DNA from: Chiloscyllium plagiosum
Lineage: Eukaryota
Assembly (NCBI RefSeq): GCF_004010195.1
Contig: NC_057711.1
Span: forward strand, 72,951,470-73,015,469
Direction of reading: 5' to 3'
DNA: 64,000 bases
How positions within the stretch are numbered: position 1 is the first letter of the stretch; every line of letters starts with the position of its first letter. The notes beneath the pieces were generated by a model. It ran no database searches and was not told the origin of the DNA. It was given only the letters and a program-made list of their open reading frames with translations. The position numbers were made by a program, and so were the translations under genes. This document shows, piece after piece, positions 27,050 through 40,395 of the stretch.

Positions 27050-27698
27050 ATGATAATATTGTCCCTTTTTAAGAGGTTATTTTGTCTTGGTTCTTGGTTT
27101 TGTTTTTGAAGAGTGGTTGCAGAGGTACTGAGCTGTCTCCAAGAAAGTAAACCATTTAAAAGACCTTGGGTTTTTTTGGAAGTTGAAACAATTTAAGCAG
27201 CCTGGGTGTGGCCAGCTCTCTCAGACCAGACTATCTTGTTTTGTTTTTAGTTTACGGTTTTGTTTTAGTCTCAAGAGTTGAAAGCTTCAGTGAATGTCTC
27301 CATTCACTGCTACTACTATCTCTGAATAGCTGCTACTATCTCTGAATTTTATCTTAATGTTTTCTTCCTCCTGGATTGGAGAACTGCATGAGAGAATCTG
27401 TATTTGAATTTATCTTTTTACTTAGGAGTGTGTTTCTGTGATATTATATTGGAACAGGTAAATAGTAATTGGTACTGTATCTATTATTTGGTTAAGTTTT
27501 CCAATAGTTAAGTTATTCTAAATTCCTCTTTCGTTTGTATTTTAACTATAGTGTTTAAATAAATTGTGTTTTAATGTCTTGTAGCATAATGACCAGTAGC
27601 ATGGAATGCGGTACTTCACATCTATCTTTTAAAACCAGAAAAGTTAGGGTCTCGGCTACCTTACAATATACTGAGGGAGCCTGATCTACTCCATAACA
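27050..27698. mobile_element. Possible solo LTR
   Basis: Ends in ...ccataaca (TGTTATGG on the reverse strand), as recalled for shark Gypsy-type LTRs; no clear TSD. Confidence 0.35.
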
Positions 27699-28070
27699 TG
27701 TGAAACAACATACTGAGCACTAGACTGATGTCAGGGCATGTGCATTATTTTAAAAACATACAAAGAGATGGAAAATATGAATGTTGTGTTTTATAATACC
27801 TATTACAATTAAAGAGTTCATAATTGGGTAAATGTCAGTTACTTGGAATTGGATGATATATAATATTTACAAAAACATTGTGAAAGTGCATAATGTTAAT
27901 TAACTTGGCCAGTAACACCTTGAATTAACGATCTGAGTGTGTTAACCAAATGCTTCATTGCTACACTGTCAGTCTTGTTAAAAATGTCACTCTGAACTGT
28001 GAAGTTGAGCATTTGGCTTAGTGACATTCTAGTTCAAATATGTTGAAATAATTAACTTTGTCATTAACAG

Positions 28071-28187
28071 AGTTTAGTACAACCCAAACGTTATTGAATA
28101 TTGCAAAGAATGATGATATTCCAGTGCTTTCTGATGTTCACATAAAAGAAGTACCAGAGATAAAGAGAAGGACCTGTCACGATGATA
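28071..28187 (+). CDS. GRAMD2B: GRAMD2B exon (EFSTTQTLLNIAKNDDIPVLSDVHIKEVPEIKRRTCHDD)
   Basis: aacag / gtaagt; phase 1 to 1; QT.LN..K motif. Confidence 0.9.
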
Positions 28188-28565
28188 GTAAGTAACAGCT
28201 CTTGCAATATACAAATTGGTAGCCAGAAATAATGCAAAAAGGCTGCAATAATTCAGAGTTCTTGAATAATGTAAAATTGTTTCTCTCGTGCTTTGGAGGT
28301 TTTATTTAGCAGCCAAGAGCAAAGCCGAGTGAGAGAGTATTTATAATTTTTCCATTGCTCCTTCATAACTTGCTTTTGATTCAAAGAAACCACAAGCTGT
28401 CTCAACATTTTGGGAGTGAGGGATAAAAAGCTGCTTTTTGTTACTTTGACTGTAACTACTTTAACGGAAGGAAAATGATCAGTAATTACTTTCTTTCTCT
28501 GATCTGCTTGCCTCTGCAATTTTTTTTTTTGGAAAAAAAATTGATCTGATACTTTACACTTGCAG

Positions 28566-28659
28566 GACATTCCTTGGTTTGGGGATTATTACACAGAGTG
28601 AAATCTAATGGTGTCCAATATCTTTCTGTGAATACATTACTGGTGCTCTATCTGATTAT
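28566..28659 (+). CDS. GRAMD2B: GRAMD2B exon (RHSLVWGLLHRVKSNGVQYLSVNTLLVLYLII), start of TM segment
   Basis: ttgcag / gtaagt; phase 1 to 2; G.LH.VKS motif. Confidence 0.9.
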
Positions 28660-30227
28660 GTAAGTACTTAAAGACTAAAATTTCAGAGCTGCTCATTGAT
28701 ATAGTTTGCACATGTTGTTAATGATTCCAGTACCTTTATTCCCAAGAAGGTAAACCTACCTAGTTGAATTTAATATTGGCCTAAAACCATAACTGAGAGA
28801 AATTCTGAGAAGGAACTTAGCATTACTAGCAATCAGACAAGGTTCTGCAATGAATACACTCCCTGCTAGGAATTTTCAGACAATTGAAGTAATCTATTAT
28901 AACGACACAGAGCTGAAAAATCTTGTCTAAGTTAACCAATATCAGCTCACAGAATCCAAAAACAAATTAAGTTATTAACTGTGGTTTCTTGAGAAATTAG
29001 GTATGAGACTATGGCATTAATGTTATACGTGCTGTCATAGAGTACATGGTCAATCAAAGATGATTATGCAATGACAATTCTAATATGTAAAGAAGATTTG
29101 CTCTCAGTCCAGTATAATTTCTTAAGATGAGATGGTTTTGTCTCAAGATGGAGTTGTTGTCTTCAAAAATATTTCCTCTGTGTGCAGTCAAACATGACCT
29201 GATTTGCCCTACTGGCCATCAGATTCTCTCTTCAAGAAATTTACCATAGTTCTAGAAAACAACTTACTGTTCATTGCACGTTATGCAAGATAGAATTCTT
29301 GATGCATCATAATAATCCCTTTTCAAAAAGATGTATTGTGCAGTAAACAACCTAACGGGTACAAGGTGATTTGTACCTTCCAAACTGTCTGCATGCTCTT
29401 GAAGAGCTTGATCCTGGCAAAATTTTTGTTTCTTTCATACCCTTAATTGTGCTTGGTACACCTGAATTGCTGGGTTTTGTGACTTTCTATACAATCCGAT
29501 CCCTCTTGGGATTGGATGCCCTATTTGATGACCCCTTTAACTCTTGCACCTGGATTTCACTTCAACCTCCACTGATAAATATTTTTGTCTTTTTACTGCC
29601 CGCAAGGGAGCTGTTGTATCTGTCCATTTCATCTAGTTGAGCTATCCATTAACTAATGATCCTACTCTGAAAGGTCAGGAAGGTGACGAGTGCAAATATT
29701 GGTAATTTTGCACGGGTATAGTAGTAAATAAATTTCTTAAACTGAGGTTAAAGTTCAGTTAAGGAAATTAGTCAATGCTGTCAGGTCTCTGTCAGCTTAC
29801 TATTATTGCTGACAGTGTGGTCAGGATTTTATGTGGAAGTTCTGAGGAAGTAGCTATTTTCCTTAGTCATCTTTAAGAGGACCAAGAATGGACATAACAC
29901 GACCACTTGTTCTGTTGCAGTTGAATTTTCAATGTTTGCTTTATACTAAAGGAAGGGTAATTTTCAATAATGGAAGTAACGTTTGAATCATAATAGTGAA
30001 GTGTAGTCTATAAACAAAACATTGGCATAGTTTAAAAAATATGGAGGAAAGTGTAAAATATTTTTCAGATGTAAAATGTAATTAGACATTGCATCTAATA
30101 TTTGAAAACTTGTTTATGTAATTGTACTGAATTTATTACACTTTGAAAATTGTAGCCACGGTTTTTGTGGAAATTATCTTGTAGCAAGGAAAAGAAATTG
30201 TTTCCTAAAGAACTGTTTATTTTCCAG

Positions 30228-30338
30228 CGTCATTGTGCTAGTTCTGTCATCCTTCTACATGGGCTTAAAAATAATTGCCTTGGAGCAGCGCCTAGCCTCA
30301 CTGGGAGCATTGCCAGAATACCATGCACATCACAAAGA
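30228..30338 (+). CDS. GRAMD2B: GRAMD2B exon (VIVLVLSSFYMGLKIIALEQRLASLGALPEYHAHHK), TM and coiled coil
   Basis: tttccag / gtaagt; SSFYM..KI..LE..L motif. Confidence 0.93.
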
Positions 30339-32569
30339 GTAAGTCATCACATTCGGTTGGCTAAGCAGTTTATTTGCTGTGATTTTTGTAATTGAGCTTT
30401 TAAATGGTTAAGCTGCAGTGACTTTAAGCATGATTATTAAAGACTGGTGAGCTGTTTCTGACCTCTCTTCACTGCCCAGAGTTTAATTGTAAGCCTCACT
30501 GCTTAATGTAGGAATTGGTGCTAGAGGTTATTTTCAGCACCTTGTTTTCAGCATCTTAATTACTGTAGACCTCAAGGTGACCAATCCATGAGTGCAACAG
30601 ATTGGAGAATTTTTCTGTTAGGATCCATTTTGAAATGGTGCATTCTTAAAAATTCAAGCTAAACCATTGAGTTATTTCAGACTCTTGCCATCAGGTCTAA
30701 ATTGAAATATTGTATTACTTTCTGTCAAGTATGCCACCTGGTGTTGACCTTTACAATCATTAACTACCAGTGCTGAGTTGGTCAATCTCTGCAAGATTAC
30801 TGCACGACCTTGTAATTGTGTTGTGGGAAATGTAGCAGGTTATTTGTCCCTCAGTGGAGAAATTTGCAGCTTGTAACTACTCTTCAGCTTCCATATGTGT
30901 ACATATGGTTGGCTTTAAGTAACATTTCCTTTCTCTATTTTCCTTGTGCACTTTCCATACCCAATACCAAATGTAGTTGAATGTAGATTTGTATGGAATG
31001 GTCTACTTAGCAAGGTACTAGTGTGAGACTACTGATGCCTGTGCAATCATGAGGAGTTTTTATCTTGGGAAAGAAAACTAACCCAAGAAACATTACACAA
31101 CTGACTTCAATAAAACCATTTATTTAAATATCTAGCAAATGTGCTCTGACCATATACCTGTCACAGATGAAAATTTGTCTCACACCAAAACTCATTTGAC
31201 AATTATAACCTCGTGTGCTGACCTTTAAATCTATAATTAGCCTCCTAATCTCTACCTACTTGCAGCTGTTTAACCTCCTGTGCTTTCTGTTCGTGAACAC
31301 AGCCCTTAATTCCCCCCTAAATTCCGATTCTCCCAGATCTCTGTGATTTGTTATCTAGATCCCATTCTCTGAAATTCCCTCTTTCTACACCCTTGCACAA
31401 TTCCAGAAATCCCCTTCTCTTTTTAAGACTGTCCTCTTATAATCCATCTCATTGACTAAATTTTGGTCATTCCTAGATAGCTTGGAGCGTTTTCCATATG
31501 TATGGAAATCACTCTGAATAGTGTAGGGGATTCTAGGAATATCCCAAGCCGCAGGTGGGTATCAGTAAATGGTGAAGAACATAGTGGAACGAGGATCCCA
31601 GATGGGTCTGAAAAAGGGTCAAGTACAACGAGTTTCCTTTTATCCCCTTTCTTGCTCTTTCCTACATTCCACATGAATAGGAGACCCTACTCCTCCACAA
31701 ATCTGTTACATCCTAACTCTTTTGTGACCACGCTCCTCTTTCGCTGTCCTCCAAAAGAAGTCTGCTGTCTTCTCAACACCACTCCAGATGTTATTACCTA
31801 TTCCAGTTTAACATTCACCCTCTGTTCCCAGAGTCTGAGATTGCATTTCCAATTTTCTGACCATTTTGTTCTGCAGTATTTTCAGATCCCTCCCTACCTA
31901 ATACCATTTTTTTCAAATTTGGATGTGTCTCAATTTCTGGATCTTTGAATGTCTCTCCTGCTAGTAAATTTGGAGTCTTTTTTTAACCTGCTCCATTGGC
32001 TTGTCTGCTTGACATTCTTTTGAGTCTTTTTTCTTGTCTCACAATCTTGAACACCACCTCTTTATATAAAATACCTGTTGTGATAAAATCTGACCCAGGC
32101 AAAGAATGCCACAGGAGTTCTGTTTACATATTTTATTAAGTCTTGAACTATCTCTGTGGGATGGAAATAAAGACAAAACAAAGCAACTTGCTGTATGGCA
32201 AGTTTGAAAATGCAGAGTTTGTTTAAATTTTCTAATCTATCTTTTTAATGATGAGAGTTATGACACACTTTCATTTTTTGGGTTAACTTGAAATGGCCTT
32301 ATTTTGTATAATTTTATTAGCTTATCATTGGTGTATTTTCTCATTCTCAGTGTTGACTTGATCTAAAACACTTATGGTATATGTGACTTATTGGATGCAT
32401 GTCTTATTAAGATGCAGAGAATTATCTTAACTGATATGAAACGCTTCCATCAAACCATGTTGACATAAAATTTCATTAAAATTGGATTTCATCATGAGCA
32501 ACAATTTCTGTTTCAGTAACCAGATGAATCCATTACATTGGCTGCATGTTATTTCTTTGCTGAATGAAC

Positions 32570-34215
32570 TTGAGGGATGAGTAGGCGTGGGTTATTCTGA
32601 TACTCAAGCCTGTTCCATCATCAGATTGATCAGATTGTGATCTTCCTCATCTACCCACTATAAAATTTGACTTCCTTCATTAGTCAAGAATCTATTTAAC
32701 GCAGCCTTTAAAATATCCTCCCTTCCCTTCTCACTGCAGAAGAGAATTCCACAGACAGCTAACCTTCTAAGAGGAAAACCAAAATCTCCTTGTCTTCATC
32801 TTAAATAAGAATAGTCTTACTTTCCAATTGGATATGCATAATAGCTTTGTGATTTCGTGGATTGGAATGTCTGGCACACCTCTCAAGTCTCTTAGGTTAA
32901 ATCATATGATGCTTTTCTAGTTTGACAAAGTACACAAGTTCATATTTTGCCACATTATAATCCATCTGCCCATGCACATTCCTGTCTATCTCTCTCCGCA
33001 GAATCCTTTTATCCTCTTCACCTAAGTTCCTTAATTTTATGATCAGCAAATTTTAGCATTCATATATTCAGTCCCTTTATCCAAATTGTTGGTATTAATA
33101 TAGATATTAAAAAGTTAAGGCTCCCATATAGCACCGGTTCGATTGGCAAAATTTAAGGCAGGAGTATCTCCAATGTGTCCCAAATGTAAAATAGAGGTGG
33201 GCACTCTTGTACATTGCCTATGGACCTGTCATAAGATCCGTAGATATTGGACTAAAGTAGCAAGTGCTCTGACAGAAATCTTAGGAACGGAAATTAGAGT
33301 GGACCCTGTATCTCTCCTATTGGGATTTTCGAACTTGCCCTCCCTGGATTGTGCACGGGAAGAGATTATTTTCTATTCTCTCTCTCTCTGTGCAAGAAAA
33401 AATATTTTGGTAAACTGGGTGGCTGAGGGCCCCCCTGGACTTACAAATTGGGACAGAGTAATCATGGAATGTATTCCCCTTGACTTCCTTACAAATATGG
33501 TGCACCAAAAGACCGAATTATTCCATAAAATATGGCAGCCCTTCTTGAATTATATAAATACAGATATTTCGGCTATCCTAACAAGGGCTTTTATTTAATT
33601 GAGATGGCGAACCTGGCTGGTCCGGGGCCCCTTGGGAGAGGAATCCCGCACGAATACGGGTTTTGTTACATTTGATGTTAACACATTCCGAGTATGTACC
33701 TCACTACCCAATTTCTGTGTTATCCGCTGTTTTTTTTTCTTTCTCTTATTTGAATAATGTAAGAGACTTAAATATACACTCTGGTTAGTTGTAGGTTAGA
33801 TTAGTAGTTAGTTGAGTTTTTTTCTCTGTATTTTTCTTTTGTTAAATTTTGGTTATTATTTATTTAAGATTTAATTGTATATCAGTGTCTATACTTGGGA
33901 TTTTTTTTATTTTTGTAAACTTGTAAAAATGTTAAATTTTCAATAAAAAATCTAAAAAAAAGTTAAGGCTCAGCACTGATCCCTGTGGCATCTTGTCAAA
34001 TGTTTTCTGGAAACTCTATGATCACCACCACATTTATCGGTTCACCTTTATCAACGTGGTTACTTCCCCAAAGGAGTTTTAACATGCTCCCCTTTTACAA
34101 ACCATGTTGCTGCTACCTGACCTCATTAAGAGTTTGTAATATCCTGCTGTAAACTTCGTAATAGCATCTAGCATTTTCCCAGGACTGTTGTTAGGTTAAG
34201 TGGCCTGTAGTTTCC
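32570..34215 (-). mobile_element. Degraded CR1 LINE interrupted by an L1 insertion
   Basis: CR1 remnants continue across the L1 TSD (aaggctc|agcactgatccctgtggc). Confidence 0.55.
33124..33956 (+). mobile_element. 5'-truncated L1-clade LINE with 15-bp TSD
   Basis: ORF2 C-terminus with zinc knuckle CPKC-x7-HCLWTC; T-rich 3' UTR, AATAAA and A-tail; TSD AAAAAGTTAAGGCTC at 33109-33123 and 33957-33971. Confidence 0.9.
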
Positions 34216-34361
34216 TGCTTTATTTTCCCCTCTGCTTTCAGGTTATTTTGATATCTGTAGTTAATGGAATGAATACAAAGTTCTTTCAGATTTTGTGCTT
34301 TTGACCTTCAGTTCTGTTTGCTTTGTTAATTCAACAATTAATTTCTTCTGGTTTTCTGCAG

Positions 34362-34455
34362 TTCTTTTGCTCATCGTGGCATGGGATTACAGTTCCACGT
34401 GAATACAGATCTGATCTACGATGAATTGTCAGAAAATCTTGCAAAATTGGAAAAG
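34362..34455 (+). CDS. GRAMD2B: GRAMD2B exon (DSFAHRGMGLQFHVNTDLIYDELSENLAKLEK)
   Basis: ctgcag / gtgatt; EL..N..KLEK motif. Confidence 0.93.
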
Positions 34456-37400
34456 GTGATTTGAAATTTATTCAAATACCTATAGATAATGCCATACAGT
34501 AACAAAATGTACACTGAGAATTCTCACTAGAATTGGTGCCTTTAACCTCTCAACAATAAGTCTGAGAGTGTTAGGATTTTGGGAAAAATAATATCTTGGC
34601 TGGTCAAATAGTCAGATTCAGTGCAAGAGATGATATATCTGTGTTCAACCTGAACAGCAGTAAAAGATGTGAAAATCTGATGTTCCCACAATGCATGTCG
34701 TTGAATAAATTTGGTTATGGTTCCAATTTCTGGTAAATAGATATTGGACACAATAGAGAATAGAATTGGACCTTATTGTAAATACAGTACTGACATTGAC
34801 TAAATGAAATTTTTAATTAGAGACCATTACTTTAATGTCCCAACTCAGTACCTATGTCAGGAATGCCTTTTGGAGAGGAAGATAAAAATCCTATTGTAGG
34901 TGAAAACATTTATACATCAATGAACTGTAAATGAGTTATTTATTTGCCTACTCAGAATATTCATTTGTCTATTTTGTTTCAAATTATCTGTTGAAGAGTT
35001 TGGCTTTGACTTTCATAAAAACTGATCTAATTTTGGTAATGAACTGTATTTGTCCAATACTTATTGGAAGTGCCTTGTACAATCTGCAGCTCATTATAGA
35101 CCAATGTGTACCTCTAGGAAATCATACTCACTGAGAAAAGAGTAGAAGTGAATTGTCTGCAAATGTACTTATTAACCTGACACCAGTTGTATGGAAATTC
35201 TGCAGCCTTTCATTAGGGATGTGCTGTTGCTTTAATTGCAGCTCACAAACAGCAAATTGCGCAAAAAAGACCATGACCACATTTGTTGAATGTGCAGAGC
35301 TTTTACTTAAAAAGATAAATTTTAACAAATTGGAGTGTATATTACAAATGCCTATATGGCCATCACCCACTGAACAAGTGTAGATGGCCAACTGCACATG
35401 TCCAGATGGCACTGGTGACTCTTGGCATTCACAACTTTTGCCTAGGCTGTGAGACAGCAACAAGGTTATGGCAAGTTGCAGTAATCACATGGGGATGTCC
35501 CTGGCTGTTTGCAAAGCTAGCATGTTTCTCTGACAGAGAGCTGAACCTACTAGGAAATAATTTTGTGTTTTGCCCTAGGCTCATTTTCAATCAAAATCAC
35601 TTCACATTAATACAGTTAAGCCAAATGCTGTAGATGCTGTTGGTTAATACTTGTTAAATCCTCATGCTATCTGTCAAACCAAAGGTATGTGGTAGATATT
35701 TCACTTGACATCTTTGCGCATATGTGCAATTTGTGCCACCTAGTGGTGGCATTAAACAATTCCCCAGCCTCGATAAATCTCTGCATGTGAAGAAAAACTT
35801 GCCACAGTCATAGGTTAAGTTGAAATGGCCATATCTGCACATTTTATTTGGCTTATCCTGAGGAAAAGGCATATAGAAAAGTATGATACAAGGTGGCAGG
35901 GAAATGTTTGCCAAATCTGGGTTTTTGAGGATATAACTAACAGGGTAGGTAACAGAAGTGAATATTGTACACTTGTATTTTCAAGAAATATTCACAAACT
36001 TGCCACACAAGGTTGCTGCACAGGATTAGCAATCATGTGATTGGGGTAATACATTAGTTGCGTTTATTTTGAGAATTAGTTGTTCTTTCTGTAGGAAATA
36101 TGTGCTACTGACAAGGGGGCTTGTTTGTTGGCCAGTCACTGTCCTTGAGGATGGTGATAGACCCCCTTCTTAAACAATTCAATCCATGTCGGGTAGGTGC
36201 ACCCGCAGAGCTATTAAGAAGGGAATTCTAAGACTGTGACCTAGTGACTCTGATATTTGCAAGTTAGGACAGTGTTTGTCTTCAAGGGGTACTTGAAGAT
36301 GATAGTGTTCCCATCAATCTACCTTTGCTCTTCTAGGTAGCAAAAATTGCAGGTGTGAAGGTGCCTTGGTGGAGTTGCATGGCTGTCTTGTAGATGGAAA
36401 ATATTGAGATTGTGGAGGGAGTGAATTTGGGTGTTAGATGGGACACCAATCTGTAGACTCCTTCGTTCTGAATGATGCAAAGCATCTTGAATATTGTTGG
36501 AGGTATACTCATCGAGGAAATGGAAAATGTTTCATCACACTCCTGCCTTGTTCCTTGGTCAGGCTTTGGGTGTCAGGAGGTGCATAACTTACCTCTGACC
36601 TGCTGTTGTGGCCATAGTATTTATATGGCTCGGACAGTTCAGTTCATATCTGTCCACGGTTAATCAGTAAAGAAATGAGATTTTCCAAGTTGGTGAAAAT
36701 TGTCCGATTTTCTCCCCAAGCATTTAACAGCAAGTTGAAGTCTCGCTAGTGAGCAACAACCTGTCTATTTGCCTCTCATAGTTAGTCAATCTCACCACCT
36801 CCTCTATGGAGTTTGCTGTCTTTGTATATGAATGAGAGAAACCTGATATCTGAAATGAAAGTGAGTTCAGGTACCTGGCACTGCTTGCTCCTCCAGGTCC
36901 CTATCCTGGCCTGAGATGCTGGGCACAGCTCATGGAGCATGGCCAGCAGTGCCCACCTATACACTCATCCACTGAAGTTGGCATCGAACATGCTTCAGCC
37001 TCATCACATCACATCATCAAGGCACATTTCTGACTGACTATGGTATGATTCATCACTTTAATACATTTCAGAGCTTGTTAAGACCGTTTGGTTTTTTTTT
37101 TCATTGTAATACTGCTCCCAGGCTGCTTGGTGTACAGGGACCAGCAGCCACTTCTATCATTGGAGAAAGATGTGTATTGGGCCTCTTCACTTTTAGCACT
37201 CACTCATTTCGTGCCTACTTGGTCACAGCACCACCATCTTGCCTTTTCGATTTTTAGAACTTCCGTCTTGTTTTGGCGCTTTAGCACAGACAAAAGGCCA
37301 GGCAGCCTGTCATGTCTGCCAACAGGGATCAGCCAAGGGCATGTGACTGACTGACTGTATGGCACCATGCTGTATTCATCTCACACCCTGGGTCAGTAGC

Positions 37401-38242
37401 TTACATGGTAGACATGCTCCATGTACTTCAGCCAAATGCCATGTCTCAAATTCTTAAGGGAAAGGTCCTTAGTCAATTGTAAGAGGATTGTGTTAGTCAA
37501 TCAGGGAGCACTGGCACATCGTTGATCTCCATCCAGGTGTTTGGATGTGGTTGGTTGGCTGCTTCTACAGTATTTTCTCCTGTGTTTGGCTTCTGCTACA
37601 TGTGTTGGAATAAGATCTACACATGGATCTTTGACATAGTAGGAATTCCATAAGTCACCTTGCTAGATTCCATGTCCCACTTTATGGAGGACTGTAGAAA
37701 ACCTACCATTTATGTGGGAGGTGAATGCTGACTATTCCCCTTTTACTGAGGACGTGTTCAGTTTTTGAGATCTCTGATGTCAACCTTGTTGGAACTGTGT
37801 CCAGTAGATGCAGCTACAGCAGTGATTATTGTCACTAGACAACAAAGGCGTGGAGGAGGAAGAAGTATGGCAACAAACCTGGAACCAGCAACAACCTCAG
37901 CAGCTCCCAAACAGCCTCCACGTTGGGAAGTATCAACAGAAAGTTCTTCTTGGGATGCAGGGGAGATACAGGAGACCCAAAGTCTACTGTCCTCAATGCC
38001 TTTGCCTTTTCTTTCCGATGTGCAAGACACTGTGCACACTGTCTCAGGATACCAGAACAGTCATCAACTGAAACAACTTATGACTTGCCAGAGTTGTAGC
38101 CATCCTGTTGCAGCAACCTTTAATGGCCAGTTCCCCCAGATTCAAGGAGAAAGTGAGGTCTGCAGATGCTGGAGATCAAAGTTGAAACTTTATTGCTGGA
38201 ACAGCACAGCAGGTCAGGCAGCATCCAGGGAACAGGAGATTC

Positions 38243-38270
38243 GACGTTTCGGGCACAGGCCCTTCTTCAG
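38243..38270 (-). ncRNA. Minimal hammerhead ribozyme motif (family A, intact)
   Basis: Reverse complement CTGAAGAAGGGCCTGTGCCCGAAACGTC with ATTC/GAAT stem I. Confidence 0.7.
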
Positions 38271-38437
38271 GAATGAGCAGAGAGTGTTCAGCTGGAGAAG
38301 ATAAAAGGTAAGGAGGAGGGACTTGGAGGAGGGGCGTTGGAAATGTGGTAGGTGGAAAGAGGTCAATCCAACGCCCCTCCTCCAAGTCCCTCCTCCCTAC
38401 CTTTTATCTTCTCCTGCTGAACACTCTCTGCTCATTC

Positions 38438-38465
38438 CTGAAGAAGGGCCTGTGCCCGAAACGTC
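38438..38465 (+). ncRNA. Minimal hammerhead ribozyme motif (family A, intact)
   Basis: attc-CTGAAGA-A-GGGC[ctgt]GCCC-GAAACGTC-gaat. Confidence 0.7.
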
Positions 38466-38795
38466 GAATCTCCTGTTCCCTGGATGCTGCCTGACCTGCT
38501 GTGCTGTTCCAGCAATAAAGTTTCAACTTTGATATCCAAATGAATCCAACAAGAACTGGACCAAGCATATGTGGTACTCATAATCTTCTTCATCCTAAGT
38601 ATACGCATGATTTTACTACAACTGCTAAGTATTTCATCAGTAATATTTTCAGCAACATAACACAAAACATCGCAGATAAGAAAAACTGCAGCATATTAAC
38701 ATGCCAAATTTCCCCTAAAGTAAATGCATTAAAATTCCATCAAATTTGACAATATTGTTATGTATTTGGCTTTAAGGGGTTAACACGTAGGGGGT

Positions 38796-39025
38796 TCTTG
38801 GTGCTGGGGTCTGTTTGGAGGTGACGGAAGTGACGGCGGATGATGCGCTGTACATGGAGATTGGTGGGGTGGTAGGTGAGGACCAGTGGGGTTCTGTCCT
38901 GGTGGCGGTTGGAGGGGCGGGGCTCAAGGGCGGAGGAGCGGGAAGTGGAGGAGATGCGGTGGAGGGCACCGTCGACCACGTCGGGGGGGAAATTGCGGTC
39001 CTTGAAGAAGGAGGCCATCTGTGTT
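38796..39025 (-). mobile_element. PLE ORF fragment (region between RT and GIY-YIG)
   Basis: MASFFKDRNFPPDVVDGALHRISS...RTPLVLTYHPTNLHVQRIIRRHFRHLQTDPSTK; GC- and CpG-rich, so probably young. Confidence 0.85.
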
Positions 39026-40395
39026 GTACGTATTTTCAAGCCAATATAGACTATAACATGTTGTGTTGAGAGCACCATATCCTAGCGTGGCTGGCTTCTT
39101 TATTGAAAAGGGGCTCCATTCTGTCAATATTCATGTGATTTGTGGTCATTGGTACCACATCTTGGAAGTCTGTACTGCACCCTAGAAGCTGCCATGATAC
39201 GTATATCCTTAAGGACACTTTATTTTTCCTGATTCATTTCAAGGGGCTAGATACACAGGAGTGGCTTCTAGGACTAGCCTCTGCAAAACAGTGACTTGAT
39301 TACTTTAACACTAACCCCCTCCTGCTGTTCTGTGGAGCAGGTGACTATCATCTCTGAAAAGGGGAGTTAGAGTGATTATGCAGTACTATCTGGGGCGGGG
39401 GGAAGAGGTGTCACATAATCCTTGCATGCTGTACCATGTACAGTTAGAGCAGATAAAGAAGGGATATGATGGAGAATGGAGAGCAGGCAGAGCAGCAGCA
39501 GTCTTCCCAGAAGAAAGATGATCAGAAGGAACCATCACTCTCCATGTGATCTACTCTACTCAGCAAGCCATTAGAGTACTACATTATTGACATATAGTTC
39601 CAGTAGATTAGTGAGGTATGTAGAAACTGGAGCTCTTTTTTTTTCTCCCTGTATTTTCCATTGTGGACTGAAATGGGAAACTGGAAAGGATTGTTCTGCT
39701 TTTACAGTTTAAGTAACTTGCTTTTTCAGTTATGTTTTAGTTCAAGCAGTGGAGGAAGGTGTTTGTGCCATCAGGGGGTGAGTGTTTTGGCCAGCAACAA
39801 TAACTGGTTAGTTTATTTGTGACCAGTTGTGCATAATAACGGCTTTTAGCCTGACCAACCACCTGATTTGGTTTCTGGGAAGCTGAACAGCTTGCGGGTG
39901 TGATTGATGCTGGCAGGAGCCTTTGGACAGCAGCAAGGGCAGATGGTGCGTCTTTCTGTCCAGTAAGATCCCCAAAGCCAGTTGATTTTACCTCACCAGT
40001 TGCTAGAAGCTGCGGCCGTTAACCAGTAACCGGATGACTTTGCCGTTAATGAACCAATCACCTGTGCCTCCTGCAAAGAGGTGAAAAAGGATCTTGAAAA
40101 GCGAGACAGAATCTCAGCAAATCCTGGCAAGTGGCTTGGGGCTATTAAATTGCTTTCCCAATATATTTTTTCCTTTCATCTGTAACTTCTGTTGTTTTAC
40201 TTATAAGCCTGTATCAGAGTTTTATAAGGGTCTTTAGAGTTTTAACTGGTATTGTTGTATGGTAACTGTGTAGTTGCGTACCTGTCATGAGCATCCATTT
40301 ATTTGTAATAAATCATAATTCTTGTCAATTAGAGAAACTTAGGCTGACAGCAAACATAGACTATCAGACAGGCAAATGGAGAATTTTGTGTACTT

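Larger units (their letters stand above)
38146..38538. mobile_element. Inverted pair of PLE terminal repeats (167-bp arms)
   Basis: Arms 38175-38341 and 38367-38533 are reverse complements with 2 mismatches by eye. Confidence 0.9.

Noticed and set aside
33143..33598. 151-aa Cys/His-rich ORF as a host zinc-finger gene
   Set aside because: L1 ORF2 C-terminus bounded by a TSD and an A-tail.
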